Of a stretch of DNA of 64,000 nucleotides, positions 34,099 to 43,656 are shown piece after piece (positions within the stretch are counted from its first letter, which is position 1; the number at the start of each line of letters is the position of its first letter). The stretch lies in assembly GCA_965207665.1 (NCBI GenBank), contig CBDBMV010000002.1:89704-153703 (forward strand), read 5' to 3'. Made by a program: the position numbers and the translations under genes. The DNA comes from Vicinamibacterales bacterium. GTDB taxonomy: Bacteria > Acidobacteriota > Vicinamibacteria > Vicinamibacterales > UBA8438. The notes below the pieces were generated by a model. That model did not search any database. It saw only the letters and a program-made list of their open reading frames with translations, and was not told the DNA's origin.

Positions 34099-35838
34099 AT
34101 GACCCTGCATCGTGTCGCTATTGCATGCCTGACGGCAGTCACGCTCATCGCGGCGCCCGCGCTGGCGGCCGCGGCCGACTACCACCACGTGCACATCAAC
34201 GCGTCGAGCCCAGCGAAGGGTGTCGAGTGGTATTCCGAGCACATGGAGTGCCAGCCGATCGCCGACCGCGACGACGCCGCGAACTGCGGCGGCGTGGAGA
34301 TCCTGTTCATGCCGCAGGCGACGACCGGCGGCAGCCAGGGCACCGGCATCAACCACATCGGATTCTCGTTCCCCGACCTCGACGCCAAGATGGCCGAGCT
34401 CGAGGCGGTCGGCGTGCGCGGCTCGGGCGTCAGGCTGCAGCGGTTCGAAGACGGCTCGATGGTGCGCGACATCCCGGGGCTCTTCAAGATCGCCTTCATC
34501 TTCGACCCCTGGGGCACCCGCATCGAGCTCGTCGAGGACAACGAGTACCTTGGCTTCCACCACATCCACCTGAGCGCCACGAATCCTGAGGAAACGCTGG
34601 CCTGGTACCGCGACGTGATGGGCGGCGAGCCGGCCTCGATGCGCGGCATGCTCGACGGCCTGCTGTTCGGCGACGTCTGGCTGATGGCGATGGAGCACCC
34701 CGAGGGAGCTGCGCCGGCCACCACACAGGGTCGCGCCATAGACCATGTCGCGTTCATGGTTGACGACCTCGACACGGCCGCGCCCGACATGCGTCAGCGC
34801 GGCGTGCGCTTCACGCAGGATCCGCTGGTCCCGGAGAACGCCCGCACCTCGGCCCGACAGGCGTATGTCGTCGGTCCCGACAACGTGCGCGTCGAGGTGA
34901 TCGAGACCGGATTCGCCGGCGTGGAGGTCGACCTGGCGCCCGTGGTCGCGCTGGACCAGGGGCCGTACGACGCGCCGCAGACCTCCTGGGGCGAGCCCGA
35001 CCTGCAGGGCGTGTGGCACAGCAACTCGTCGCACGGCATCCCGCTGGAGCGCCCGGAGGGCGTGGACGCGGCGGAGTTGACGCCCGAGGAAGCCGTGGCG
35101 CGGCGCGAGGGCGGCACGCTCGGCAGCATCTGGGGCTACGACCGGGAGTGGCGCGACACGACGCTGGGCTACGGCAACCAGTCCGTCTCCACGCAGGTAG
35201 CCATGGTCATCGACCCGCCCGACGGCCGCATCCCGCCGCTGACGCCGGAAGGCGAGGAGCTGGCGGCGCAGGCGCAACTGGACGCCCGGGCGTATGTACG
35301 CGGTCCGTCCGCCGGTCCAGAGGACCTGACGCCGTACGTGCGCTGCATCACGCGCGGCCTGCCGGGCATGATGTTCCCCTCGGTCTACAACAACGGCCTG
35401 CAGATCGTGCAGGGTCCCGGTTACGTCGCCATCACCAAGGAGATGATCCACGAGACGCGGGTCATTCCGACCACGCCGCAGCCGGAAGCGGGAGCGGGGC
35501 TGGAGCTCTGGCTCGGCGTACCGCAGGGCCGCTGGGACGGCGACACGCTGGTCATCGAGACGACCAACTTCAACGGCCGGTCGTCGTACCGGGGCTCCAC
35601 CGGAGACCTGAAGCTGACCGAGCGCTACCGCCGCGTCGGCCCGGGCATGCTGGAGTACCAGTTCACGATCGACGATCCGCAGGTCTGGACCCGGCCGTGG
35701 ACCGCGATGTTCCGGTTCGAGAAGGATGACGGGCAGTACGAGCTGGTCGAGTACGCCTGTCACGAAGGCAACTACGGCATGACCAACATCCTGAGCGGCT
35801 CCCGCGTCCGGGATGCCGCCGCGGAAGCCGGACGATAG
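34099..35838 (+). CDS. Fusion protein: two VOC (glyoxalase/extradiol dioxygenase-type) modules plus paralog-family domain (copy P7)
   Basis: GAGGAGG upstream of the ATG at 34099, then a signal peptide. Two HH(V/I)H(I/L) ... GINH(I/V)(G/A)F-type VOC halves, then PQTSWGEPDLQGVW ... YACHEGNY from about residue 290. Confidence 0.8.
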   Translation: MTLHRVAIACLTAVTLIAAPALAAAADYHHVHINASSPAKGVEWYSEHMECQPIADRDDAANCGGVEILFMPQATTGGSQGTGINHIGFSFPDLDAKMAELEAVGVRGSGVRLQRFEDGSMVRDIPGLFKIAFIFDPWGTRIELVEDNEYLGFHHIHLSATNPEETLAWYRDVMGGEPASMRGMLDGLLFGDVWLMAMEHPEGAAPATTQGRAIDHVAFMVDDLDTAAPDMRQRGVRFTQDPLVPENARTSARQAYVVGPDNVRVEVIETGFAGVEVDLAPVVALDQGPYDAPQTSWGEPDLQGVWHSNSSHGIPLERPEGVDAAELTPEEAVARREGGTLGSIWGYDREWRDTTLGYGNQSVSTQVAMVIDPPDGRIPPLTPEGEELAAQAQLDARAYVRGPSAGPEDLTPYVRCITRGLPGMMFPSVYNNGLQIVQGPGYVAITKEMIHETRVIPTTPQPEAGAGLELWLGVPQGRWDGDTLVIETTNFNGRSSYRGSTGDLKLTERYRRVGPGMLEYQFTIDDPQVWTRPWTAMFRFEKDDGQYELVEYACHEGNYGMTNILSGSRVRDAAAEAGR

Positions 35839-35947
35839 CGCCGGGGCGCGCCGCGCGCCTCCCTTTGCGTTCAGCGTGCCGACCGGCGCGCATCTCCACC
35901 GAGGGCGGTGGCCGCCACCCGGCGGCCCCGCCCCGTAATACCTGCCC

Positions 35948-37222
35948 GTGAACAGGACCAACCGCCGTTACATCGTGACCCTGGCCGCCGTGGCCGCCGG
36001 GATTCTCGTTGTCGGCACCCTGCTGCGGCCAGGGGAACAGTCGTTCGACGATCCGCTGCCCGCGCCGTCCCAGGCGGAGCTCAGCCGCCTGGCCAGCCTG
36101 TCCCAACGCCGCTCGGTCGACGACATGGCCGAGTACTTCGCGACCGTGGCCGGCGACCTGGAAGCGAACGTCGTGGACGTGCCGGGCCTGGACCGCAGCG
36201 GCATCGTCTGGGAGGACGGCCTCGTCCTGACCACGCGCATCGAGCCACGCTTCCCCGACGCGGCGACGGTCGGCACGCCGTCCGGCGACGTGGGCGTGGT
36301 CACGGAAGTGACCGGACCCGACCTGCCGCTTGCCGCGCTGCGCATTTCGCCGGTGGCCGGGCTGACGCCGCCGCGGCGCGGCGCGACGCGGCTGCTGTCA
36401 CGCGGCGAGTGGACCATCGCCCTGTGGTGGCGCGACCGCCGGGCCAGCTTCACGCCGGCGCACTACTTCGGCACGGCGCAGGTGCGCTGCGGCGGCCGGA
36501 CGGTCGACGAGGTGCTGACCAACGTCGCCTGGTCCCGCGAGATGGCGGGGGGCGGGCTGTTCGACCTCGACGGGAACTTGCTTGCCGTCGTCACGCCTTG
36601 CGGGGAGCGCTTCACCGCCGTCGCCGCCGACGGCGTCGCCGAGATCCTGCGCGACGCGCAGTCCCTGGAGGGACAGTTGCTGCGGCACTACGGGTTGCGG
36701 CTCGAGTCGCTCACCGTGCCCGAGCAGGAGTACTTCGCGCTCCACGCCGGGCTACTCGTGCGCGAAGTCTGGGCCGGCTACCGGGCGGACGAGGCGGGGC
36801 TGGAACCGGGCGACGTGCTGGTGGCGTTCAACACGTTCCCCGCCGCGGACATCGAGCAACTGTGGCCGCTCGTGGACGAGGCCACCCGCGGCATCTTCCT
36901 CCTGACGGTGGACCGCCACGGCGAGGTCGTCAGCATCCTGCTGCCGGCGGCGGGCGCCGCGGGCGACGACGAGGGCGAGCCCGCGGGCGCGGCAGGCCTG
37001 GTCTGGCAACCGCCGGCGCAGGGGCTGACCGTGGACACCGTCGCCGCGGACAGCCGTGCGGCCGACGCGGGCATCCGCGCCGGCGACCGACTGCTGCGCA
37101 TCGACGGCGTCGAGATCGTCGATGCGGACCAGGTGCGCGACGTCCTGGCGCCCGACCGCGGAACGGCCGCCTTCGTCGAGCTCGAACGCGCCGGCCGCCG
37201 ATTTGGCCTCCTCCTGCGGTAG
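35948..37222 (+). CDS. HtrA-like protein with two PDZ domains and a degenerate protease domain
   Basis: GTG start and TM anchor. PDZ signatures GLLVREVWAGYRADEAGLEPGDVLV and VAADSRAADAGIRAGDRLLRIDG. The protease-like region has TTRIE in place of TNxHV and AGGGLFDLDGNLLAV in place of GNSGG. Confidence 0.65.
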   Translation: MNRTNRRYIVTLAAVAAGILVVGTLLRPGEQSFDDPLPAPSQAELSRLASLSQRRSVDDMAEYFATVAGDLEANVVDVPGLDRSGIVWEDGLVLTTRIEPRFPDAATVGTPSGDVGVVTEVTGPDLPLAALRISPVAGLTPPRRGATRLLSRGEWTIALWWRDRRASFTPAHYFGTAQVRCGGRTVDEVLTNVAWSREMAGGGLFDLDGNLLAVVTPCGERFTAVAADGVAEILRDAQSLEGQLLRHYGLRLESLTVPEQEYFALHAGLLVREVWAGYRADEAGLEPGDVLVAFNTFPAADIEQLWPLVDEATRGIFLLTVDRHGEVVSILLPAAGAAGDDEGEPAGAAGLVWQPPAQGLTVDTVAADSRAADAGIRAGDRLLRIDGVEIVDADQVRDVLAPDRGTAAFVELERAGRRFGLLLR

Positions 37223-37231
37223 CGTCAGTTT

Positions 37232-38434
37232 ATGGACGAACTGACGTCTCTCGGCCTGATCCTGCTGCTCGCGCTGCTGGCCGGGCACCTGGTCAAGGTC
37301 CTGCGGATACCGGAGGTCACCGGCTACATCCTGGCCGGCATCGCGCTTGGGCCGTCCATACTGGGCTGGGTCTCGGCCGAGAACCTGCTGGCGCTGGAGG
37401 TGCTGAGCGAGGTCGCGCTCGGCCTCATCCTCTTCTCCATCGGATCCGTCTTCGAGTTCTCGCGGTTCCGGCGCCTGGGCCGCCAGTTCCTGTACCTGAC
37501 GCTCGTGGAGTCCGTGCTGGCGTCGGCGCTCGTCACCATCGGCGTCCTGGTGCTGGGTCAGCCGTGGCAGGTGGCGCTGCTGCTGGGCGCCGTCGCCATC
37601 GCCACCGCCCCCGCCTCCACGCTGATGGTCATCCGCGAGTGCGACAGCTCCGGCCCCCTGACGGACAACCTGCTCGGCATCATCGCGGTGAACAACCTTT
37701 TCTGCATCACCGCGTACGCCGGCGCGGCGGCGCTGATCGACCTCACCTCGGGCATCGGCGGGCGGTCGCTCTTCGACGCCTTGTACCTGGCGGTGTTCCC
37801 GCTGGTCTGGCAGCTCGTCGGATCCGCGGCGTGGGGCTACCTGGTGGGGATGCTGCTGGCCGGCTGGTCCACGCAGGTGAAGGAGACCGGCGAGATGCTG
37901 ATCCTGCTGGCCGGCTCCATCCTGCTCTGCGTCGGCGTGTCGCGCCTGCTGGAGCTGTCGCCTCTGGTCGCCAGCCTGGCCGTGGGGGCGACCATGGTGA
38001 ACCTGTCGCGCCGCAGCCGCCCCCTGTTCAGCACGCTGGCCGGCACCGACCCGCCGTTCTACGCGATCTTCTTCGTGCTGGCCGGCGCCGACCTGGACCT
38101 GGCGCTGGTGCCCGCGATGGGCGTGGTGGGGATGGTCTACGTGGGCGGCCGCTCGGTCGGCAAGTTCGTCGGCGCGGTGGCCGGCGCGCGCTGGCTGCGA
38201 CTCGAGCCCAGCGTCCAGCGCTACCTGGGGTTCGGGCTGCTGGCCCAGGCCGGCCTGGCGGTCGGCCTGACGCTGGCCATCGAGGCGCGCTACGAGACGT
38301 TCGGTCCGGCGGTCTCGACGGTGGTGCTGGCGTCGGTCGCGATATTCGAGATGATCGGGCCGATCAGCGCCCGCTTCGCCCTCGTGCGCTCGGGCGAAGC
38401 TTTCACCGCGCCGGGGGAGCAGGCGCCCGCCTGA
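37232..38434 (+). CDS. Cation:proton antiporter (CPA2/Kef-like)
   Basis: 400-aa polytopic protein starting LGLILLLALLAGHLVKVLRIPEVTGYILAGIALGPS. Confidence 0.8.
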   Translation: MDELTSLGLILLLALLAGHLVKVLRIPEVTGYILAGIALGPSILGWVSAENLLALEVLSEVALGLILFSIGSVFEFSRFRRLGRQFLYLTLVESVLASALVTIGVLVLGQPWQVALLLGAVAIATAPASTLMVIRECDSSGPLTDNLLGIIAVNNLFCITAYAGAAALIDLTSGIGGRSLFDALYLAVFPLVWQLVGSAAWGYLVGMLLAGWSTQVKETGEMLILLAGSILLCVGVSRLLELSPLVASLAVGATMVNLSRRSRPLFSTLAGTDPPFYAIFFVLAGADLDLALVPAMGVVGMVYVGGRSVGKFVGAVAGARWLRLEPSVQRYLGFGLLAQAGLAVGLTLAIEARYETFGPAVSTVVLASVAIFEMIGPISARFALVRSGEAFTAPGEQAPA

Positions 38435-38529
38435 GGCGCCTCGCTGGAGGAAGTTCGGCCCGGCGGCGGCGGCGGGTGGGTATATACTGGGCCATCTGAC
38501 AGTCCCGGGTTTTTTGCAAGGGGGCAGCC

Positions 38530-39519
38530 GTGTCGACAAGAAACGTTGCGCTCGCGTCCGTGCTTCTCGTTCTCCCCGCGGTTTCCGCCGCGCAGTCCGC
38601 CGCACCGGCCGGTGAAATCCCGCGCACCGCGTGGGGCGCGCCGGACCTGCAGGGGGTCTACGACTTCGGCAGCGCGATACCGCTGCAGCGGCCCGTCGAG
38701 CTGGGCGATCGGGCGGTGCTGACGGAGGAGGAGGCCGCCGTCCTGGAGCAGCGGGCCGCCGAGCTGTTCAACGACGAGGTCAACCGCGACAGCCTGACGC
38801 CGCCCAACTACAACCACTTCTGGTTCGAGTTCGGAACGACCGTGGCGGACACCCTCCAGTCGTCGCTCATCGTGGATCCGCCGGACGGCCGCATTCCGCC
38901 CGTCACCGCCGCGGAAGAGCAGCGGCGTGCGGCGCATGACGCCGCCGGCGGCTACCCGGTGCGGGTGCTGGGCGGCGGCATTGGCATGGCAGGGCCCGAG
39001 GACCGCGGCCTGGCCGAACGCTGCATCCTGGGCTTCAACGCGGGACCGCCGATCGTGCCGGCCTCCTACAACAACTACCTGCAGGTGTTCCAGACGCCCG
39101 ACCATGTCGTGATCTTCACCGAGATGGTGCACGACGCGCGCATCATTCCGCTCGACGGCCGGCCGCACCTGCCGTCCCATATCCGGCAGTGGATGGGCGA
39201 CTCGCGCGCGCGCTGGGAGGGCGACACGCTGGTCATCGAGAGCTCGAATTACACCCCCAAGCGCGGCTACAACATCAGTTGGATGAATGTGGTCGGCACG
39301 GGCGAGTCGATGCAGTTGACCGAGCGGCTGACCCGCGTGAACGCCGACATGCTGATCTACGAGTACACCTACGACAACCCGGCGATGTTCACGCAGCCGT
39401 TCAGCGCCTCGATTCCGTTGGCGCGGACCGACGAGGGCGCGGTCTTCGAGTATGCCTGCCACGAGGGCAACTACGGCATGATGAACATCCTGAGCGGCGC
39501 GCGCAGCGCCGGGGAGTGA
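38530..39519 (+). CDS. Secreted protein, uncharacterised paralog family (copy P8)
   Basis: GTG start, 329 aa: PRTAWGAPDLQGVY ... SLIVDPPDGRIPP ... ERC ... EMVHDARIIPLDGRPH ... YACHEGNY. Confidence 0.85.
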   Translation: MSTRNVALASVLLVLPAVSAAQSAAPAGEIPRTAWGAPDLQGVYDFGSAIPLQRPVELGDRAVLTEEEAAVLEQRAAELFNDEVNRDSLTPPNYNHFWFEFGTTVADTLQSSLIVDPPDGRIPPVTAAEEQRRAAHDAAGGYPVRVLGGGIGMAGPEDRGLAERCILGFNAGPPIVPASYNNYLQVFQTPDHVVIFTEMVHDARIIPLDGRPHLPSHIRQWMGDSRARWEGDTLVIESSNYTPKRGYNISWMNVVGTGESMQLTERLTRVNADMLIYEYTYDNPAMFTQPFSASIPLARTDEGAVFEYACHEGNYGMMNILSGARSAGE

Positions 39520-39543
39520 CGCGCCGGAGGACCAGGCGGCGGG

Positions 39544-40431
39544 CTAGGGCTCGACGATGAACGTCACGTCCTGGACGGTGTCGAGCCCGCCGTCGTGGGC
39601 TTCCGCCCGCAGCACGTAGGCGCCGGGCTCGGCAAAGGTCGCGTCGACCACCCAGCGGCCGTCCTCGGGCAGCGGCGGCGGCTCCCAGCCGCGCGACCAC
39701 GGCGTGTTGGCGCCGGGCCGCGGATCCTCCCACACGTTGAACTGCGGCGGATCGAAGGTGACCTGTCCCTCGCCGCGGTAGACGAACCAGGCGAAGCGCA
39801 GCCCGCTCGCGCTGTCGGGCGTGCCCCCAACGCTGCCGCTGGCCGGCGGCGGCCGCATGGGCCGCCGCTTCGGCACGCCGTCGTCGCTCGCGTGGGCCGT
39901 CAACGTCACTGGCTGGCCGACCTTGACGCGGCGCGTCGTTTCACCGTCCACCGTCAGCTCGGGCGCGACGTTGCCGGCGATGTTGTAGGCGCCGCCGGCG
40001 GGTCCTCCCGCACCGTTGTTGTTCATGATGACGATGTCATCGATGAAGTAGTCCGGCCGCAGCGTGCCGTACGCGCGCTCGGTCTGGCCGGCGCTGGTCA
40101 GCGTCCACACCACTTCCTTGTCGCCGAAGTCGGCGGGAACGCGCACCCGGAACAGGAAGCGGCTGCGCCGCGGGAGGAAACGCGTCGGCTGGCCCTGATC
40201 CGGGCCGCCCGGCTCGACGTTGTTGTCCGGGCCGATCGGCACGTCGATCGCCTTGTCCCAGTTGCGGTTCATGTAGCCGAACACGAGGTTGAACGAGCCG
40301 TCCGGGTTCTGCTCCCAGCCTTCGTAGGCGGGCGCGATGTTCTCGTACGGCGCGGGCGACACCTGGGCTTCGGCCATGCCGCCGGCGAACAGGAACACCC
40401 CGAGCGCCAGTCCGATTCTCAGCGTGGACAT
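39544..40431 (-). CDS. Hypothetical secreted protein
   Basis: Start trimmed to MSTLRIGLALGVFLFAGGMAEAQ. Lies 16 nt downstream of the haem-c/PHM-like gene. No family recognised. Confidence 0.6.
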   Translation of the reverse strand: MSTLRIGLALGVFLFAGGMAEAQVSPAPYENIAPAYEGWEQNPDGSFNLVFGYMNRNWDKAIDVPIGPDNNVEPGGPDQGQPTRFLPRRSRFLFRVRVPADFGDKEVVWTLTSAGQTERAYGTLRPDYFIDDIVIMNNNGAGGPAGGAYNIAGNVAPELTVDGETTRRVKVGQPVTLTAHASDDGVPKRRPMRPPPASGSVGGTPDSASGLRFAWFVYRGEGQVTFDPPQFNVWEDPRPGANTPWSRGWEPPPLPEDGRWVVDATFAEPGAYVLRAEAHDGGLDTVQDVTFIVEP

Positions 40432-40447
40432 CTGTGCTACTCGCCTG

Positions 40448-41899
40448 CTACTGCTGGTTGCCGTCAGCCTCGGCAGCATCCGACTCGTCGCTGGCGCCAG
40501 CCAGCGGACAGAGCGGACAGCCCGGGACGAGCTGCCCCGGCTGCAGGTCGAGCCGCTCGATCCGCTCGGCCATCGCCAGCTCGAACTCTTCGTCCGACAG
40601 CTCGATGCCGCGCCCCAGGTGCAGCAGCATCTGGTCCACCGAGCGGTGGCCCATGCCGGTCCAGTTGCGCGGGTCGGCGATGTTCTTGTTGGCCGGCGTC
40701 GTGTCGAACCAGGCCCTGGTGCGCAGGATCGTGCCCTTGGGCAGCAACGGGGCGGCATCGTCGTCGTAGGTGTAGACGGTCACCCAACTGTGGTTGTAGC
40801 CGGCGCAGTTCAGCGTCTCCACCTGCGAGCCGTAGACGGCCTCCAGGCACATCCGCACGCCCGCCGCGTGCAGGTGCGGCTCGAAGATGGTGAGCAGCGT
40901 GTTCTCCATCAGCGCCCCGAGGGCCTCGAACTCCTGGCCGGCCTCCATCCCCTTCAGGTCGATGTACGGCGTCGACGGGCCGATGCGCGTGAGCTCGAAC
41001 TTCGGCTCGTAGCCCTTGGGGTGGAACTTCAGGCCGATGTCGAGGCGGGCGATGGTATGCCGGCCGTTGGAGTGCAGGTGCGTGGAGGGGAAGTAGAACT
41101 TCGAGCCGGCCTTCAGCAGCCGTCCCGCCTCCGGATGGAAGAAGTCCGCGTTGCGGCCGACCTCGTGCACCGGCCAGCCGGCGCTGGTCGCCGCGTCCTC
41201 CGTCGGCTTGCCGTCCGCGTCCAGCGCGGTCAGCACCATGTGGTGAATGACGTAGGTGCCGCCGACCGTCTGCTTGTTGGGGGTCGGCTCCGCGTTGTTG
41301 ATCTCCTTCATCTCGATCGCGGCAACGTAGCGGTCCTCGGTCATCCCGGTCAGCACCTCGCCCGTCGGTCCCCACCAGTCGGGCGCCCGCGCGGCGACTT
41401 CGATGTCCGGCGAGGACAGGATCAGGTCGGGCTCGCCGATTTGCCATTCGCTGGCGCTGGTGAACTCCAGCGGCGGCGGCAGGTCGGCCGGGTTGCCGCG
41501 CGGCGCGCCGTTGTCCGCCCACCACGCGATCTTGGCGATCTCCTCTTCGGTCAGCGAGATATCGCCCTTGAAGCGCTGGATGCCGACGTCCTTCTCGATG
41601 TACCAGGGCGGCATGGCCTCGGGCTTGTCGCGCAGGCCGGTGCGGTGCTTGATCGACCGCGCCCACGGACGCACCTGCTCGTAGGTCAGCAGCGACATCG
41701 GCGCCACGGACTCGGGCCGGTGGCAGCGCTGGCAGCTCCGCTGCAGGATGGGTGCGATGTCCTTGTTGTAGGTGACGTCCATCGCCTCCGGTGTGGACTG
41801 GGCGGCCGCGGGCGCCGCGAACGCCAGCAGCGCCGCCGTTGCCAACACGCACAGGCTGCTCGAAACCGCAGCCGCTACGAGATGCCGATTGCGCTTCAT
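40448..41899 (-). CDS. Haem-c domain fused to a copper type II (PHM/DBH-like) monooxygenase-like domain
   Basis: Start trimmed to MKRNRHLVAAAV. CQRCH, then YVIHHMVL (HH), STHLHSNG, EPHLHAAGVRM (HxH) and a late conserved Met (VDQMLLH). Confidence 0.65.
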   Translation of the reverse strand: MKRNRHLVAAAVSSSLCVLATAALLAFAAPAAAQSTPEAMDVTYNKDIAPILQRSCQRCHRPESVAPMSLLTYEQVRPWARSIKHRTGLRDKPEAMPPWYIEKDVGIQRFKGDISLTEEEIAKIAWWADNGAPRGNPADLPPPLEFTSASEWQIGEPDLILSSPDIEVAARAPDWWGPTGEVLTGMTEDRYVAAIEMKEINNAEPTPNKQTVGGTYVIHHMVLTALDADGKPTEDAATSAGWPVHEVGRNADFFHPEAGRLLKAGSKFYFPSTHLHSNGRHTIARLDIGLKFHPKGYEPKFELTRIGPSTPYIDLKGMEAGQEFEALGALMENTLLTIFEPHLHAAGVRMCLEAVYGSQVETLNCAGYNHSWVTVYTYDDDAAPLLPKGTILRTRAWFDTTPANKNIADPRNWTGMGHRSVDQMLLHLGRGIELSDEEFELAMAERIERLDLQPGQLVPGCPLCPLAGASDESDAAEADGNQQ

Positions 41900-42062
41900 C
41901 AGACAGACCTCCGTCGTCGGCGAGGGAATGGGTTCCCTTGATGTGCATCGAAACGATACATCGAAATGCGCAAATGGCCAAACGCGTCCGGCATGATCGC
42001 AACGCAACCGCGTCGCTCGGCGGCGGCGGGTGTATGATCGACCGCGTTCCAGGAGGTGCGGA

Positions 42063-43088
42063 ATGCCGTATCGTTGCCTTGTTGCATCGTTGAGCGTCGT
42101 CGTGCTCGTCGTCCTGGCGCCGGTCGCCGCCGCGGGCCAGGAAGCGGACGGGTGGACCATGCCGAGGACGCCGTGGGGCGACCCGGACCTGATGGGCACC
42201 TACACGAACAAGACCATCACGCCGGTGCAACGTCCCGAGGAGCTGGCCGGACAGGAATTCCTCAGCGCCGAAGAAATAGAACGGCTGGAGCGCGAGCGCA
42301 TCGAGCGCAACGACCGGCTGCTGCACGCGCCGCCGCAGACGACCGTGGCGGGCGGCGACGTGGGCGCCTACAACAATTTCTGGCTGGACTTCGGCACGCG
42401 GCCGACCGAGCGTACGTCCCTGATCGTCGACCCGCCCGACGGGCGCATCCCGCCGGTCACGCCGGAATATGAAGCGTACGCGAAGCGGCGCGCCGAGGAG
42501 CGCCTGACCCGCGGAGAGGCCGACTCCTACACGGACCTGCAGCTCAACGACCGCTGCATCGTCTGGTCGGCCGGCCCGCCGATGATGCCGGGGCCGTACA
42601 ACAACACGTACATGATCTTCCAGACGCAGGACTTCATCGCCATCGAGGTGGAAATGATCCACGACACGCGGATCATCCCGCTGGACGGGCGGCCGCACCT
42701 GCCGTCGCACATCCGGCAGTACCTGGGCGACATGCGGGGCCGCTGGGAAGGCGACACGCTGGTCGTCGAAACGACGAACATCCAGCGCACCGAGGGCGAG
42801 CCCGGCGTGCAGGGCGCCGACGAGTTCGAGATCCGCGCCTCGAACGGCCGCACCGACGACACTATCCGCATCGTCGAGCGGTTCACGCGGGTCTCCGACG
42901 ACACCATCAACTACCAGTTCACGGTCGAGGATCCCAGCCGCTGGACGCGGAGCTACTCGGGCGAATTTCCGTTCGTGATGACCGACGGCAACCTGTACGA
43001 ATACGCCTGCCACGAGGGCAACTACAGCATGCCCAATATCCTGGGCGGCGAACGCGCCCTGGAAGCGGCCGGCCGGCGCTCGCGCTAG
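42063..43088 (+). CDS. Secreted protein, uncharacterised paralog family (copy P9)
   Basis: AGGAGG upstream of the ATG at 42063. PRTPWGDPDLMGTY ... SLIVDPPDGRIPP ... DRC ... EMIHDTRIIPLDGRPH ... YACHEGNY. Confidence 0.85.
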   Translation: MPYRCLVASLSVVVLVVLAPVAAAGQEADGWTMPRTPWGDPDLMGTYTNKTITPVQRPEELAGQEFLSAEEIERLERERIERNDRLLHAPPQTTVAGGDVGAYNNFWLDFGTRPTERTSLIVDPPDGRIPPVTPEYEAYAKRRAEERLTRGEADSYTDLQLNDRCIVWSAGPPMMPGPYNNTYMIFQTQDFIAIEVEMIHDTRIIPLDGRPHLPSHIRQYLGDMRGRWEGDTLVVETTNIQRTEGEPGVQGADEFEIRASNGRTDDTIRIVERFTRVSDDTINYQFTVEDPSRWTRSYSGEFPFVMTDGNLYEYACHEGNYSMPNILGGERALEAAGRRSR

Positions 43089-43117
43089 GCGCGGGTAGCC
43101 GATAACGGGGAGACACG

Positions 43118-43645
43118 ATGCGGGCAATCGGTACGGCGCTCTGTCTGATGCTTGCGGCGGGGGTCGTCACGGCCCAGGCACCGGCCTCCGGGCCGCCGAC
43201 CGCGAACCTGGCGCAGCTCATGCGCGCCATCATGTTTCCGAACTCGAACATCATCTTCAACGTTCAGGGGCAGGACCCGGCGGAGCCGAAGCCGATCTAC
43301 GAGCCCGGGAGCGGCAGCTTCTCCTGGGTCGACTGGGGCGCCGGCATCTACACCGGGTGGGAGGTTGTGGAGAACGCCGGCATCGCGATCGAGGAGGCCA
43401 CTGATCTCGTGATGAAACCCGGCCGCGTCTGCACCAACGGCCGGCCCGTGCCTCTGGAGCAGGCCGACTTCGTGACCGGCATCGGACGCCTGCGGGCGGT
43501 GGCGAGGGACGTGCAGGAAGCCGCCCGGGCGGAGGATCAGGAGCAGGTGATCGAGCTCACCACGCGCCTCGCCGAGGCGTGCTACGGTTGCCACCAAGTG
43601 CACCGCATCGCCCCGCCGGGCGGAGAGAACCGTTGCGTCCCGTAA
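43118..43645 (+). CDS. Class II c-type cytochrome (c-prime/c556-like four-helix bundle)
   Basis: Signal peptide and a single CYGCH motif near the C-terminus, the class II arrangement. Confidence 0.7.
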   Translation: MRAIGTALCLMLAAGVVTAQAPASGPPTANLAQLMRAIMFPNSNIIFNVQGQDPAEPKPIYEPGSGSFSWVDWGAGIYTGWEVVENAGIAIEEATDLVMKPGRVCTNGRPVPLEQADFVTGIGRLRAVARDVQEAARAEDQEQVIELTTRLAEACYGCHQVHRIAPPGGENRCVP

Positions 43646-43656
43646 TAGGAGGAACC

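Noticed and set aside
35908-38499. 863-aa plus-strand ORF overlapping the PDZ protein and the antiporter in another frame
   Set aside because: The alternative frames give a PDZ-domain protein and a polytopic transporter with clear signatures. This frame yields only an Arg/Pro/Gly-rich sequence.
40464-43127. 887-aa minus-strand ORF spanning the haem-c/PHM-like gene and paralog P9
   Set aside because: It is out of frame with, or antisense to, two well-supported genes that have SD sequences and conserved motifs. Its composition is Arg/Gly/Pro-rich without domains.
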